Source: Fimbriosthenelais zetlandica
Lineage: Eukaryota
Assembly: GCA_977030845.1 (NCBI GenBank)
Contig: OZ365112.1
Span: 21,638,001-21,702,000 of the forward strand
DNA length: 64,000 bases
Reading direction: 5' to 3'
In this document: positions 28,901 through 43,000 of the stretch, in pieces
Position numbering within the stretch: position 1 is the first letter of the stretch
How the letters are laid out: each line of letters begins with the position of its first letter
Notes under the pieces: generated by a model
The model's database searches: none
What the model was told of the DNA's origin: nothing
The model's input: the letters and a program-made list of their open reading frames with translations, nothing else
Made by a program: the position numbers and the translations under genes

Positions 28901-31900
28901 GATGAAGATGAGTCCCATCTAACAAAGGTAGACCTCCATCCATTTCCCTTCTTTTACTGATCCATCAAAGGTAGCACTATAAATTTGAGCAAGGAAAGGA
29001 CACATAAATAACTTTGTCCTGCTCAGTTATCATGAATTTCCATCCGAATGACCTTAATCATTCCGCAATATATGATGTCCACCCTGAATTAGACTGTTTG
29101 GTATTCCTCACTAATGACGTTTCCAGGAACTGATCGGAACCAAAGGCGTTTTTCATCATTCAGGGGCCCTTCAGGCATATGAAGATTTCTACTTTCTGTT
29201 GTTAGGCCACCCAACCTTTGAACCATGACCTACAGCGAACGTAATTTTGTTGACATATGTGGGTTATGTTCAATTGGAAAGGCATCGGTTGGGCTTTATG
29301 TACATATGAGGTCCCTTTGGCACCTACATTTGAGAGCCCTAGTTATACTATATGCAATTAGCCGAATATATTCTTACTCCCTGCAGGTCTGTTCTGCACA
29401 TTCTTGGCCAGACGATTCCTTGTTTGGTACCTGAGAGTTATGATGACTATCTTCTTTCCCTGCCCCCTTTTGTATTTTTTTCGATGGATTTACAAGCTCT
29501 AGCAGAGAGGGTATGCTCTTTTTCTTCAAATGCATATAGTTCTAAAAGTACATTTCGGAATTTAATATGTTTTTATTTTATTGACCTACATTTTATATAT
29601 ATATGCGTAATCCAGATACCATTAATGTTGGCTGAGAGGAGATGTGATGCAGTAATGTATGTTTTATCCTTTTCAATTCGAAGCTGTACATGACGACGTG
29701 TACAGTTTTCCGCTACATTTTCCCACACTTCTTGCTTCACTTCGATCAGTTCCACCCACAAGAACAGACGCCTGCCTTCTCTCACGATTTCATAGGTTGA
29801 AGTCTGCAGCTTGGATTCATCACTCATTCGTCGCCACCTCTCACTTCCCATCTAGCACATGCCTAAAGCTACTAAATCCCCACTTCTATTCCAAACTAAC
29901 ATATACCGGTAGTTTATTTTTAAATGTGTTCGAAGCAGAGTATATCATCAGATACAAAAGGGAAAGTCCTGTACATGTTCCAAAGTTCTGGAAATGTCAT
30001 TAGCTCTAGTCCTTATATTTTTAGTTCTAGTTACATTGAATATGATCTGTAATGGGTACAGCTGACCGAAATTAGTGTCTTGATGAAAGTTGTTAACTCT
30101 ATAACATCGAATCGTACCGAGTTCTAGCTCTACTTGTTGTCTGTTCTGTGAGCCCAAGATTAACTGAGAGCAAGGAATATGTTTACAAGAATCTGCTACC
30201 CAAGCCATCTGATTCCTATAGAGGTTTTTCACGAGACGTCCCAGGCGTCATAATACGACGATCCGCCATTTTGGACGTATAGCAATGCACGTCTACGACG
30301 TTGTCTACGTTCAAACAAACTGCCTTACAAAGTTAGAAATAATAGTAGACAACCCACTAGAAGTTTCCAAAGTACATGAATGCTGTTTGGACGTACCCTA
30401 TGTAAAACCTCTATAAGATTAGAGCTGTTAACTAAGTGATTTTAGTAGATGCCGTTCTATAAGGAATGAACTATATGAACATGTAATGGTAACGTGTTCC
30501 CATCGCACTTATAATTAAAGCTTGCTTACTGAAATATTCCTTACGTCAGACCTTGGGAGAGGAAAAGGGGGGAAACGAATTTTATTTCTTGCTAAATGTC
30601 ACTTAGATCCAATTCCTTCATTTAAAATCCAGACAACATGATATCAGATTTGTTTGTCTTTCATTAGCTTAGAAAGATGGAAATCAGTAATGAAAGGGAC
30701 TTCGAAGGATTGTGGCAATAGCAATGTTGAATGAGAAGTCATTCTGTGGTGGAAGGCAGGTTTTAACATTTATAAATGATTGGGTACCAATCTAGGAATT
30801 TAAACAATTAAGGGGAGGATTCCTCTGAGACTATGAATCGACCCTTCAATGGAACATTCTCAACCTGTTCAAATGGAACCCCCAGAGTTTGATGGCTCTT
30901 CGTTTTTACATCGCCATTTGTCTGGGTTTCAATTCTTGGGACTGATTTCAGTAATTTCTCTTCCCTAGTTCCTCCAAGTAAATAACAATGGTTTTGTTCA
31001 TCCGAGATTTGAACTCGATAAGTCACCGAGCCATGCATTCATTTCTATTTAAATAGCGTTACAATAGCTGATCCCTCATCATCCACATCCATGTTGAGAG
31101 TTGTTGGCATCTGCAAGTTTGCCTTTCATTTGTGCATTTAATCGCTGTAGTTAAACGTCATTCAATCTCCCCCATGCGCTCCCATCCTTGGACAGACAGA
31201 ATTTTGCTGACAATGAATATTATATATCCCTTCCATATGCATATTCTATGTTTAATTATCAGTACGCAGACATGGCTTTTTATCTGAAAAGCTATTGCAC
31301 TAATTGTATTAAACAGGGAGGAACATTTTTGTCGCTTCCCTCTAAATATCGATTACCCTCAAGCTTTAACAGAGGCTACATTAGCTGGGATTAGCGAGAT
31401 CAAAGGATGAGGCCTGTTGTCTTCGCCCGTTCTGACGAATTGATCAGGGGTAAGAGCGAAGGCCAAGGCTAGTCTGTGGTGTATATCTATCGCTTGGGTA
31501 GAGTTGGGAATAACAAGAGGGCCGTTCTGAATATCATAAGCAAAAGCCTGTATTTTTCCTCAGGTTATGCTTGCAGGTCCTCTATGTTTCAACAGAAGGA
31601 ATTCTTCTTTTTCTTACTTTGAATTCTTAAGTGACTGTTGATTTTTCCCTCCTTCCTGTGTGTCACGGATTAGATTCTCGTGGGGAAATGCACGATGAGA
31701 AAAATCCTCACATGAGAGTATGGGGAAAAGCCCCGCCCGTGGACATGTTATATGGGATTAAAGAGATCAAACCCACTGAAGTATCCAGAGGAGAACATGA
31801 ATGAAAGGGCTCATTGCGAAAGCCCTGAATAGCTATACGATAATACAATTCCTGATACATAAAGTTAGTCTAGGTTGTCTCATCGGAGGGGAAATGAAAT

Positions 31901-34900
31901 TGAATTCTATTGGTCCGCTTTTTGGATAAGGTAACGTATGAATTGCTAACTGCGGTTAGCAACACTAGAACTGCGTTTATCAGACAGGTTTACGACCACA
32001 GAACATCCAGACAAAGTTCATAGATTTCCCCATAACGGCCCATATATGCAGCAGGATGAAGCTGCATCTTTCACTTAGTTACTGTTCAAAGCAGACTGTC
32101 AATGCCTGTCAGGCAAAAGGCCTGAGGACGCTGAGATACTTGGCACTGGTAATGATGCCCATCGGAACACTAAAGAGACTATGCCTTGCTTGATCAGGAG
32201 AGATTTGTGGTGACACATGTTCTATAATTAAGATGGAGTGGTAGACAGGTCATTTAGAAACCCCCCTATGGCCATGTTACAGCGGTCGATGCTTTAACCC
32301 TGTCGACAATAATGGTCTAGAACCGGAAGTAATTCGAGTATTAAAGTTGTACTGGAGGTTGAGACAGCAACCGTTATCTGCTGCTCGATCGTAGAAGGAC
32401 ATTCTTAAAACAATCATTAACGTCTACCGATACTCTTAAAATTTGAGACACTGCGTTGTAGGATCTATCACTTAGTTGGAGGATAGGATTATCTTGTTAA
32501 CTTAAAATTATTATAGAAATGATTCCTTGCCTTTCTACGAAAGCTTCTTGTCTTTCTTTCTAAGTGCAGTTTGCTGATCAAGAAGGAGGCAATTATGCAG
32601 GGTGTCAGCTGTACGAACACTGAGAGAGGTTGTCCCGGGAGAGCAAAAATTGAAAATGAAACTCCATTCCATATTGTCCCTACCAAAGCATTGTTTGGAT
32701 GTTTTAAAAATGCCCAATGCCTTCAGGCAGCCACTCACAGCCTCTTGCTGCTTTAAAACAAACCATCAGCGACAGACAAACATGTGGTGAAAATATTGAT
32801 GCAAGCTGTCCACTGTGAGGTCGGAGACCCAGTCGATCCCTCCCCCACTACCAAAGACTGAGACAATTGAATGTAAAATGGGATTTCTGTGTTCCCCTGG
32901 AATTAGGGGGTAGATTTTTAGTGAGGTGGTTAGGAGGGGGCTGATGAAAAGAGAATGTGCTGGAAAAGAAATATAATATGGGCTGGTGTTTCTTGAATAT
33001 AACAAATTATATCTTCAATGGTCTATATCTGGACTTGGGTGTGCTTCTGTGAAGATATTCCTATAAATCTTAAGGCAGTGGAAAAAACCTTTAACATCCT
33101 GGAGTGAAGTCTGTAATTTGCCTGTGATTTTTTTGTTAACTACATTTGGTAATGTTGATTCAGTCCATTGTGTTCTCACATTCTCCTGGTTTACGATTAG
33201 ATCGATATAGAGGTTACTCCCGTGATGGTCAGTGTTACATTGGAGTTCTTGGTGAAAGTACCCATTGTGGCGTGGCTAGCCCATCTCAAACATCTGTTTA
33301 CCCTGTTCATTGGCTCGTCCTCTGTGTATTTATGTCTGTCTTACTCGTAGGTAAACAAAAGGATTGCCTCCTCGATGGAAACCATTTCATAGTATTTTAT
33401 TTCGTGCAAGTGTTACATATTGATAAAATCGTGCAACGACTCATTCTGTCGGCCACAATTCTTGTTGCTTATTTCCCAATAATTTGTCTGTTATATTTTA
33501 CCAAATTTTTATCAGATGATGAATATCGAACTATTGGCTATACGATCAGCCAGAGGACTATCGTACCTGTCTATCAAGTCCATGTGTGAACAAATCCTCT
33601 GTGAATCTAACGTCTGCCCTGATTCCTTTAGGCAGATGTACCTGTAGATTCAGGTGAATCAACTCTGAGGACTTGCAGCTGTAATTACTCATGGCGTAAA
33701 CATGTGTGCGTGGTAAAGGTTGTATTAACTTGATGCCGGGGAGACAGCTAATAAATGAATAGAGAATGGTTTTTGTCACGATACGCCAGCCTCCCCGTAC
33801 ATGCTTTCACCTACTATCAGTCAAAATGTTCCATTTATAAAGCTTTTGGTGCAACTTCCAGTGACCGTTTTATGAAAGTATAACAATGGATAAAGTCATC
33901 AGATCTCTGAAGATTAAAATTTATATGTTATATTACTCTATGTATTTTTATGTGCGTAAATGTCCGGAACAAAAGCATTGAATTGAATTCAATTAAAAAA
34001 CCATTGTGAAGGTTTATGAATAAGTCGCATTGTTCCCACAAGCCACCCGCATAGATTTTCATTCTAGACACAATAGGTAGGTTTTTAGCGTGCTTGTCTG
34101 TCTCCACTGATTTTAACTTTGCATTCGTATGAGATTGGAGGGGTAATATGAATATATCTTTGACGACGGTAGAGGATATTAAATAGTTTTGGTGAATTGG
34201 CGAATGGCATTTGTAAATAGGTATCGGCTGCATCGTTTCAGCCTGGTGATGGATTTTGGGGCAAGTAGTCACAGGGACCTTTGAGAAATCTATATAGATA
34301 CGTGTGCAAAACAAATAGAGGGAAACCATTTTCATTTATTATTATAAAATACAATGATAACTGGCCCTATGATACATACATAACTGGCCCCTACGATGGC
34401 TACAATGCGTTTCATTCCCTCTTCATAGTTACTTCAGGCTCCTCTCCTGTCATTGGTGTAGGAATAAAATAAGCTATCACTTGAGTATAATATGAAGGCA
34501 ACTATCGCTTCCCAGATTTCTGGGGGAAATCCGTCCCGCATGGAAGACACTAATTGATATTGTTCTCATTTGTTGCCTTCCCATCATTACGTGAAATATA
34601 TACTGAATCAGTAGGTAATCAACACCCCTCTTGGTCTGAAACATGATTTGTATTTATTAACGAAGACAATGACTGCAAATGACCTGATAAATGAGTAGTC
34701 CTATCATGATGGTTAAGCAAATTAGGCTACAATATTCTGATCCATCCTCGACCTTGGTCTGTACCATTGTGGTAATAATGAGGATATCTCTCTACAATGG
34801 TACCTCATTACTGTGACTAAGTTGGGTTTCATCTGTAGTGAATGTCTATTTTTTCCTATTTTCAAGAGATGATCTCAGGGTTAGTGTTACAATTAATAAC

Positions 34901-37900
34901 GAATACATCCAGCATTTACAATAGTACAAAAGAGGGCTCAATACCAAACTCTGTTGATTGCCTTTCTGACTAACATGCCTTCCGGCCAGTATATACCCGG
35001 TACTATATGTAATGTATCTGCCTCAAAACTCTCAGGTAAACTGCTAAAGATGGAAACGCCTCGTAGTCTTTATGCCCGGCCTTCTGCCGCTATATTGTTT
35101 AGACCTACTGCATTTTGTTTTAGATAATTGATGGGTTTTTTTAGAAATCTTACAGGAATTGCTACATCCCACAAACAACCCTTTAAATACACCATTTTAA
35201 CCGTAAGTGATATGTGTCACATGCCATTGATCTGAATATATTGTTGCCGCTTATAATGCTGCTGGTATGGGCTCATGTAATGGGATGAGACTATTCATGA
35301 CACATGCCACCAACGAGGAGTCTCCTCAAGCTTTGTTGTATGAAAATCGTGATCTAACAGGGCTTTGAGCTGACAACACCAGAGTGACAGGTCGTCTCTA
35401 CCACTATGTGTTAGGGGTCCATAGATGGTCATTATTATATTATGCCTTTCATGTATTGACCTCATATATATCTTATTCATGTTATGTGAGAGGCTGTCCA
35501 GGTCATACAGTTCAGGACATACGAGGCTATATTGGCAGTATTGAGCCTTTAATGACATGTGTTGTATTCAGCATTCAGCCTTCTTGTGGCCATTCAGAGG
35601 CCCCGCTTATGCTTTGTGCAAGTTGAAAGCATTGCTAGAATGTTAATTTACATTGTTCAAAGTACAAAGCTTTCCAAATCCTTCATGTATATTAGGCCTA
35701 CACTTTTAGTCGAAATTGTAGTCATGAGAGGGGATATATGAACTTGGATATATCCGCCCCAAGGGATTTCAACATTCATTGTTTTAAAATATATGTAGGA
35801 TTATAAACCACATGGTAAGGGATGAGAAAAGTACAGTGGCAATGGTATAAAGAGACCTGTTGAAAGAGCTATAAATCAATCTTTATCTCATAAAGAACTT
35901 ACAAGGAAAGTCGTCCGACCTTAAAAATGTATGACATTTTAGTTCAGAGGGGCTTCTCACATCTATGCGTCACAGTTTCCGGAGTTTATTTTCACCTCGT
36001 TCCAACAACAATAAAAGCTCCATCACATCAATCTACTTCATTTTAACAGACAATGCCTCTGAACTTGACAAGCCAAGAGATTTAGTGCCTCAGTAGCCTT
36101 TTGTGTGTTAGAAATTTGTTAGGCCCTTATGGGTAAGATGATATCATTTTAGCGACTCTGTCCTCTATAAAAATAATCGATTTCGAATTTTGTTATCAAG
36201 AGAATCTACCTTGTCATCTGTATGATGAATTGAACATCATTTCCATTCTTTTCCTCCATTGCTCTGCTTGCTCCTTTCACTTCCTTTCTTGTTCACATTT
36301 CTATCTGTCAATGAGAAACATCTCAACTGAAGCTTTCCTCTTGACAAGTTAAGTTTGTAGCAGAGGCACATTTTGAGAAGTGAATTATCCGATAAATATG
36401 ACTTTCAAATGTTAAATCAGTTCAATGACTGAATGTTGAGTAGCTACTGCCTGGTTCACTCACTCTGGGATTCCTTTTGGGAGTTCTTCAATACGCCTTT
36501 CACTTTTGCTTGAGTATTTGTGTAGTTCTCCTCAACGAAATGTAAGTATATTATTGACATTTACTAGAAAACACATTGAATATAATATTGATACCATTTT
36601 ATGTTCTTTCCCTGGCAAGTGTCGCTATCTGTTAAGAATATGACTCTCTAATGTCTCACCAGGGAGACACAATCTATCCCCAAGCTGTTCCCCTCAACAG
36701 CTGGCTGGATTGAGGGAACTACCAATAAACTCTTCTTTCAGAGTACACCAGCTTTGTTGAAGTACACGTTTATTTTGTTTATATCCAGCAATTGCTTCCA
36801 CTCGCTAAGAATTCAGCCTTCTAGCCTCATCACTGTTTGCTTTATTTACGGCCTGTACATGAGAGCACTTGAGGCTCGTGTAGAAACTGTCATCTGCCTG
36901 CACTTGGAAGGTGGTACCTTGTGCTGAATATAAACCCAACTGTTATGGAATTTCAGCGGAAGTCGTTGCGTTTTATCGGGTTCCGTTTCCGGTCGGCATG
37001 ACATGTATAGTGGGTTTGCTTGTACGTTTCTTAATAGACTGCTGATGACGTCACATGATGCACGTAGACAGGCACCATTACTTGGAGCAGACATTACTTG
37101 TGACACTGATTTTAGCTCTGTCATGAAACATTGCTCTTTGGTTATCATGTGGACTGAGGAATGTGATAAAAGCCTGACCTTTGTAGACTAAGTTTGACCT
37201 TTCCTTTACAATATAATGTCCTTCATTGCATTGACCTTACCAATAAATGGCCTAATTTATTTGGACTGTAGCATTACCATCTTTTATAAATCATCTAGCA
37301 GGAGTTCAATCCTGTCACGGCTAATGGGGGAGGAAGGAATTGTTCTATCATGATCCAGTCACCTTTACGACTCGTTCTACTTCTCACTCGGGGGAATTGT
37401 GCACAGACGTTTCTCTTTCTCCTATCATTGTCCATGGTGATTAATTGCTCCAGCATTCTTAACCTACATCACATCTCTTCTATCCCTCCCTCTTCCCGCT
37501 TCCTTAAATTGATCCCCCAGCAGACCCAATAATGGATGTACGCCTCACTTGTTTCATGGTGAGGTGAAACAATGACAGGCAAATGGGGTAACTCCATGCT
37601 CTTAGGCAGTCCTCCACATGAAAGGAAGAGACTTCTGAGACACCAGATCTCCTGCTGCACTGACACAATTTTGTTCACAGGCATATAGTATATTAAAGCA
37701 AATGAATTTTATTCTATACAAAAACCTCACAATGACAAAATAATAGGGAAGTAAGCCTATAATTATTTCGAAACATGGAAATTAATTAATGATCTCATTT
37801 AAGAAAGCACGTTTATGAAACATGTTCCAGAATGAAAATTTTCTTCTAAAAATGCAACACCCTCTCCTCTCATCCCACCCTTCCCACCCTGCTATGACTT

Positions 37901-39844
37901 TCCCAAAGCCATTGTCCTCTTAACTCTCCTCCCGCTCCCTCTATACCATCCCCTCCTCGGACCCTTCATCCCCTCTGCCCGTCCTGTCACTCTTTCTCCG
38001 TCAATTCGATTTTGGTAAATTAAATGTTCGAACACTATGATCATTGACCATACTCAAACAAACCAGTCAAAATCCAATATTGGTAATCCGGAAGTGTGGT
38101 TAAAGTAATGTCTCCAACCACTTCCGGTTGAATTTGCAAATTCTTCTAGAGAATTGCTTCTTATTAAGGAAATCTGACATTTGACAATTGACATTTTGTG
38201 GAATCTGATCAAATATTAATATTCTATTGACACTTTCCCCTTGGTAGTTTGATATAGATGCACGTCTATAGTAAAACTTAATTGACAGCCAATAGTTGAG
38301 TATCAAGTCAAATTATTCCCCTCAGCTCTTACATTGTTGTTATATTGGTCTAATTCTTAACCACGAATAATTCTGTGTATTTGTTCCACACTGCCTTGTG
38401 GAACGACACATAATCTGCAGGCATTTCATTTAATGCATCCTTAAGGAGGCTCGGTCATGTTTTGCCAGATGCCTTGTCCTCAAACCAAGCCCTTTTTGCC
38501 ATTGCCAGCAAGAACCGATCCCCTGAGGGAACACTCATTAATTGAAGTTCCCAATTCTTTCCTGAATCAATCTGTCCATCAATCTTGCTAGTGGTGGTAA
38601 ATAGAATCAACATCAGGCTTTCGTGCAAAATGAGATAAGGCCATAAAATCTGGGAAAAATCATCCCAGAAAGTAATCCTTAAAATCTTTCCTATTCAGAC
38701 ATTTCCATTTAAACCATAACATAGATTACTATCCAGAGAAAAAATACACAATCCATCGTTCATGGATATAATAAACCAAATGAATATTAGCATTGTATTT
38801 CAGTTTGCCAAAGGTTAGATATGAATAGGCCAGGGAATGAGTGTCCATAACAAAAAGAGAACGTACAATGTTACAGCATCTGATCTGGTGGAGGGACAGG
38901 CCCGATGGGAAGTGAGAAGCCATTAATCGGAGCTCCCAGATCATGATATGGGCCACGCGTGCACTAGAAAGATTCATTTCGTGATCCAAAACCGCCCCAT
39001 GCTTCTTGATATAAGATGGTAAAGACCAGGCACCGAATATTCATATTCCTTATATGCTTTCTATGTGTACATATAAATTTGTCTAAATTAACCTGGAATT
39101 GGGGCTTTATAACACGTGAAGATTCCATAGCATACAAAATAAATTACATTGAAAATTAAATTGTCTATTCGTATTAAAGTAGGAAGTGTCCAGGAAAGCG
39201 TAGACCCGCGGTAATGCCTTTCGCACTGGTGTAGCCTATGCAGGTCGTAATAAGAAGTACAAACTTTACGAGGAAGTACAAGAGTTTGCTATCAAAAAGA
39301 GCTTTCTTGAAGTCCTTTATTATTAATAATAGTTGATTAAGTCACTGCAACTATCCATCATCCTCATACTTTTTTTGCGATAGAAGTAATCAATGCTTGT
39401 GAATATGCCCGACCACTGTGATGCATAAGAAAGATAGCTTGCTGCGATAAGGGTCTAAAGAAATTCTCTGCAGATTCTCAATGGATAAATCTAATCTACT
39501 CACCATGTGATCTATGAGTGAGCTTTGCTTTCCACTTATCTTAGCTTATCCGATAGCTGAGCAACGGAGGATTAATTTTGGGTATATTTATTCATGAGAA
39601 ACCGCTGATGTAATGCATAATTTCCTCAGTCTTCCTTCAGATTCAGTTTAGGGCAAGTAAAGAAAAAAATGTTTCTCATCCCGGCCACCTCCTTTTTGGC
39701 CTCATTTCTTTACTATTTTTTTAACATACCTGCCTTTTAGTGAATCAGCAAATATATATACCAAGGCCTGACGATTCCCGATGAGAATACTTGGCTTTAT
39801 AAAAATACTTCTGCGACGTGCAGGCTTCGGTTTTATACGTATTA

Positions 39845-40057
39845 AGGCCCAGACACACCGGGCGCGACAAGCGACAAGCTTGGTCAATGTGATCAGCCGC
39901 ATCATGGCCTAGTACGCACAATCGCCGCATAGTGGCGCATGGCAGCACGCGATTCAGTGTGTCTAGGCGCGAGCCTGGATGACGCGACAAACTTGAATTT
40001 CCCTGCTCGGTCAAGCTTGTCGCCTGTCGCTTGTCACGTCGCGGTGTGTCTAGGCCT
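39845..40057. mobile_element. PIF/Harbinger (Tourist-like) MITE, 213 bp
   Basis: Left end AGGCCCAGACACACCG...GCGACAAGCGACAAGCTTG, right end CAAGCTTGTCGCCTGTCGCTTGTC...CGGTGTGTCTAGGCCT. A 3-bp TTA target duplication sits at 39842-39844 and 40058-40060. It is a CpG-rich island in an AT-rich background. Confidence 0.82.
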
Positions 40058-43000
40058 TTAGATTGGATATGGTCGTGGAAAGAACAGGACATTGATTTAT
40101 ATTTATTTTTAATTCGTTGCAAAATATATTTTGAACTTGCCGGGAGAATATTTGCTATCATTGGAATTGCAGATGAATTGCTGTAAAATCTATAGTCAAA
40201 ATGGTGACTTCAGCAGACCTGACATATTCATCACGAGCAATCGGAATGACAATGGAAGTAAGGCCTCCCTTTGAGTCTGCCTTGTTATATGGTGACAGGA
40301 ACTCTTCTCTTGACTGATAGGCCTCTATGTGCTACCTTGGAGGTGCTAGAGGAACTTAGTGGGTGACAAGAACAGTGGCAATCAAGGCCCCATAAGCCTT
40401 TTTGTGTATAGGACCTGCAGACCAGGACATCCTATAATACAGAGCTTTCAGCAAGCGATGCGCGCCCCATCAACGTTGATTGATTTTGGATAAGGACATA
40501 ATAAAGAACTTAGCTTCACTGTAGAACTACAACTTGTGCATGTGTAGGCCTATGTATACATGTAGATTGTACGTAGTGTTTCCGAATGAATCCAAATTAT
40601 TTACGTGAAGTAGGAACTATTGCACATCTCCTTGATAACTTCTTTAGCGAGAATCTTGAAATCCTTGAGCAGTACAACATTATTATTAACCTAGATTCGC
40701 TTTTTCCGCGCCGAAGTCTCCCCTCGGCAAATAGAGTCTGGTTCTCCCAGGTCCCTCGTGATAATACTTTTTCTTCAGAGAATAAAGTATCTCTATGACC
40801 TCAATACTACTACCTATCGATCCTGTTGAACGGGAAATACAGAGCATGCATGCTTACTTAAAGTCCGTCTCGTCCCTCGGGTTCAGAAAGTTGAGACTAT
40901 AGGCGTCTGCATGCAGACAGCTCTACCGAGAAGGTCCCCAAAGTGGCAACGTTAGGACTAAATATAGAACCAATCTGAACAGCAACAGTCTGCTGTTTCT
41001 TACATATTTGTCACCAGGGGCAGAGGAATCCTGAATGTAGAATTGGAAAACCTGCAAGAGACATGAAGATATGGTTTCCATCCAACAAATCTGTACTCGC
41101 ATGTGAATCACAGATACTTTAAGTAGGCCTAATTGTTTTTCTTATTTATTTTGTTCAGGCATTCAGATCTTTACTATTGGGTACCTTTCAGGATACTCTA
41201 AAATTGAATTTATTCAGATTTGTAATGACATAAACTGTGGCCACAGAGCCATTTCCCTTTTGAAGCAACATTCCCATTCTGCAAGAGTGACTCAATTTCC
41301 TCAATACGCAGGTGCTACCTGAGTCGCCAGGTGTCGGAGACCAAGACACCACCTGGTAAGAATCTCAGGGTGGAGGCGTTCACTTAGCCCACAGCCAGTG
41401 AGTTCTCCACTCCGGAAATGAAGTCACGTCTTCTTGCCGCAGGTCCTAATCCAGGTGCTGTATACAGCACCAGAGGGAAAGGTGCCTGCAGGATTTGATT
41501 CAGCTTTGTCCACATCTGACAAATACAGTCCTTTGACCTTTAAACAGTACAATCATGCATAGGAGGGCCTGAGGTACTTATTGATGGAGCAGTGAGCGAG
41601 GCTGTTGATGAGGACTTGAGGAAGATCCTACCTGCTCCTCAAGGATCAAGAGGTCCCTAGTGATCCATCATGTTCTGATCATACCGGTCTTCCTTCTGCC
41701 AGCTAACCAGGCTTTCTTTCTCCCTCTCCTCAGATAACGAGCTACTGACCAGTAAGGGAAGAATACCTCTTGACAATCTTTATTAAATCCCTATATGTCA
41801 TCCTTTATCTTGATCAAACCCGTAAGAAAAATTTCCCTACAGGTCTCTTCACTCCATTGGTGCAGACATGAACATGTTTTTACAGGAAAGGGGGTTACTA
41901 CTACTTCGATACAATTAATCCTGATGATCACAATTTTTCACTGATAAATATCTCCTGGGTATTTCTGCTCGTGTTATATTACATACTCATTAGTGACATC
42001 CCTATCTGCTCTAAGCTAAGCCTTTGATGTCGTCTTCCAAGTGAGCCTATGATATGCACTACAATGCAAATGCTTCTGGGAATAGCATCAAATATTCTGT
42101 GGAAAAGAGCAGCTCAGACAAAAGGGCCTGGAATATAATATCGCTCCTCTGGGCATATGGCGTCTAGATATGAGTATTTGCTGTCATAAATACCCCCATT
42201 GAATGAAGAGAGAACTTTGCGGACCTAAGGCAAATTGCATGCAAGTTGGTTTCCCATTGATGTTCTTTGAAATTCAATCATATGTGACCATTATGATTTT
42301 ACTGTTTCGAATTAGGCCCCATGCTTACAATTTTATATTTAAATAGATGATAGGCAAGAAAAGACCCATTTCCCAACTCCCCCAATGGAGAGCCTGGATT
42401 CTTCTTCCCTGGGCCATGCCTAATAATCAGAGACTGTGCCAAATCTGGCAATTCTCAATACACTCTTAACTCCATCATGCCAGTCAATGGAGCGTGAAGA
42501 AGAAGCTGCTTGTATGATATCTTATTATGATAGAAGATCAGTTTGGGGGAGGGGGAATACCCCGCAAGCACAATTGCGCCATCACACCCTGTGTCCTTCT
42601 ATGTAATGATTATCAGCCTTGGAATTGCGATAGATTAAGCAATGTATATGTTGCTTGTAATTGAACTTGATTATGACTTTTTGTCCGGAGGCTGCTCCAA
42701 AATAATTCCCACAAGAAATCACTAGAATAGAGACTCCCTAAGGGTTTGTATAGGCCTAATTATATCATCAAACTAACTTACTCTCGTAACACTTTCTACT
42801 GAATTACTCTCTAAAAGGAATTAAATATATATAAATAACCTTTTGCTTAACAAAAAAACATATTTTTACTGTGTTCACATGATGAATTACCTGTATCCTG
42901 TATAATTATTACCACATCTAGGCCTAATGGAGAATCAACACCCACCAGATGTGTAATAGAGCCTGATGTATAGCCTATATGCATGTAGTTTGTTCAAATT

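Noticed and set aside
33146-33660. 147-aa ORF and an EGF-like CLSSPCVN...CTC in another frame
   Set aside because: The third EGF cysteine is missing and stops lie right after the only good acceptor, so it cannot be assigned as a Caspr exon.
34240-34310. IYIDFSK on the minus strand, like the LINE RT motif YLDFSKAFD
   Set aside because: A seven-residue match only, with no further RT motifs.
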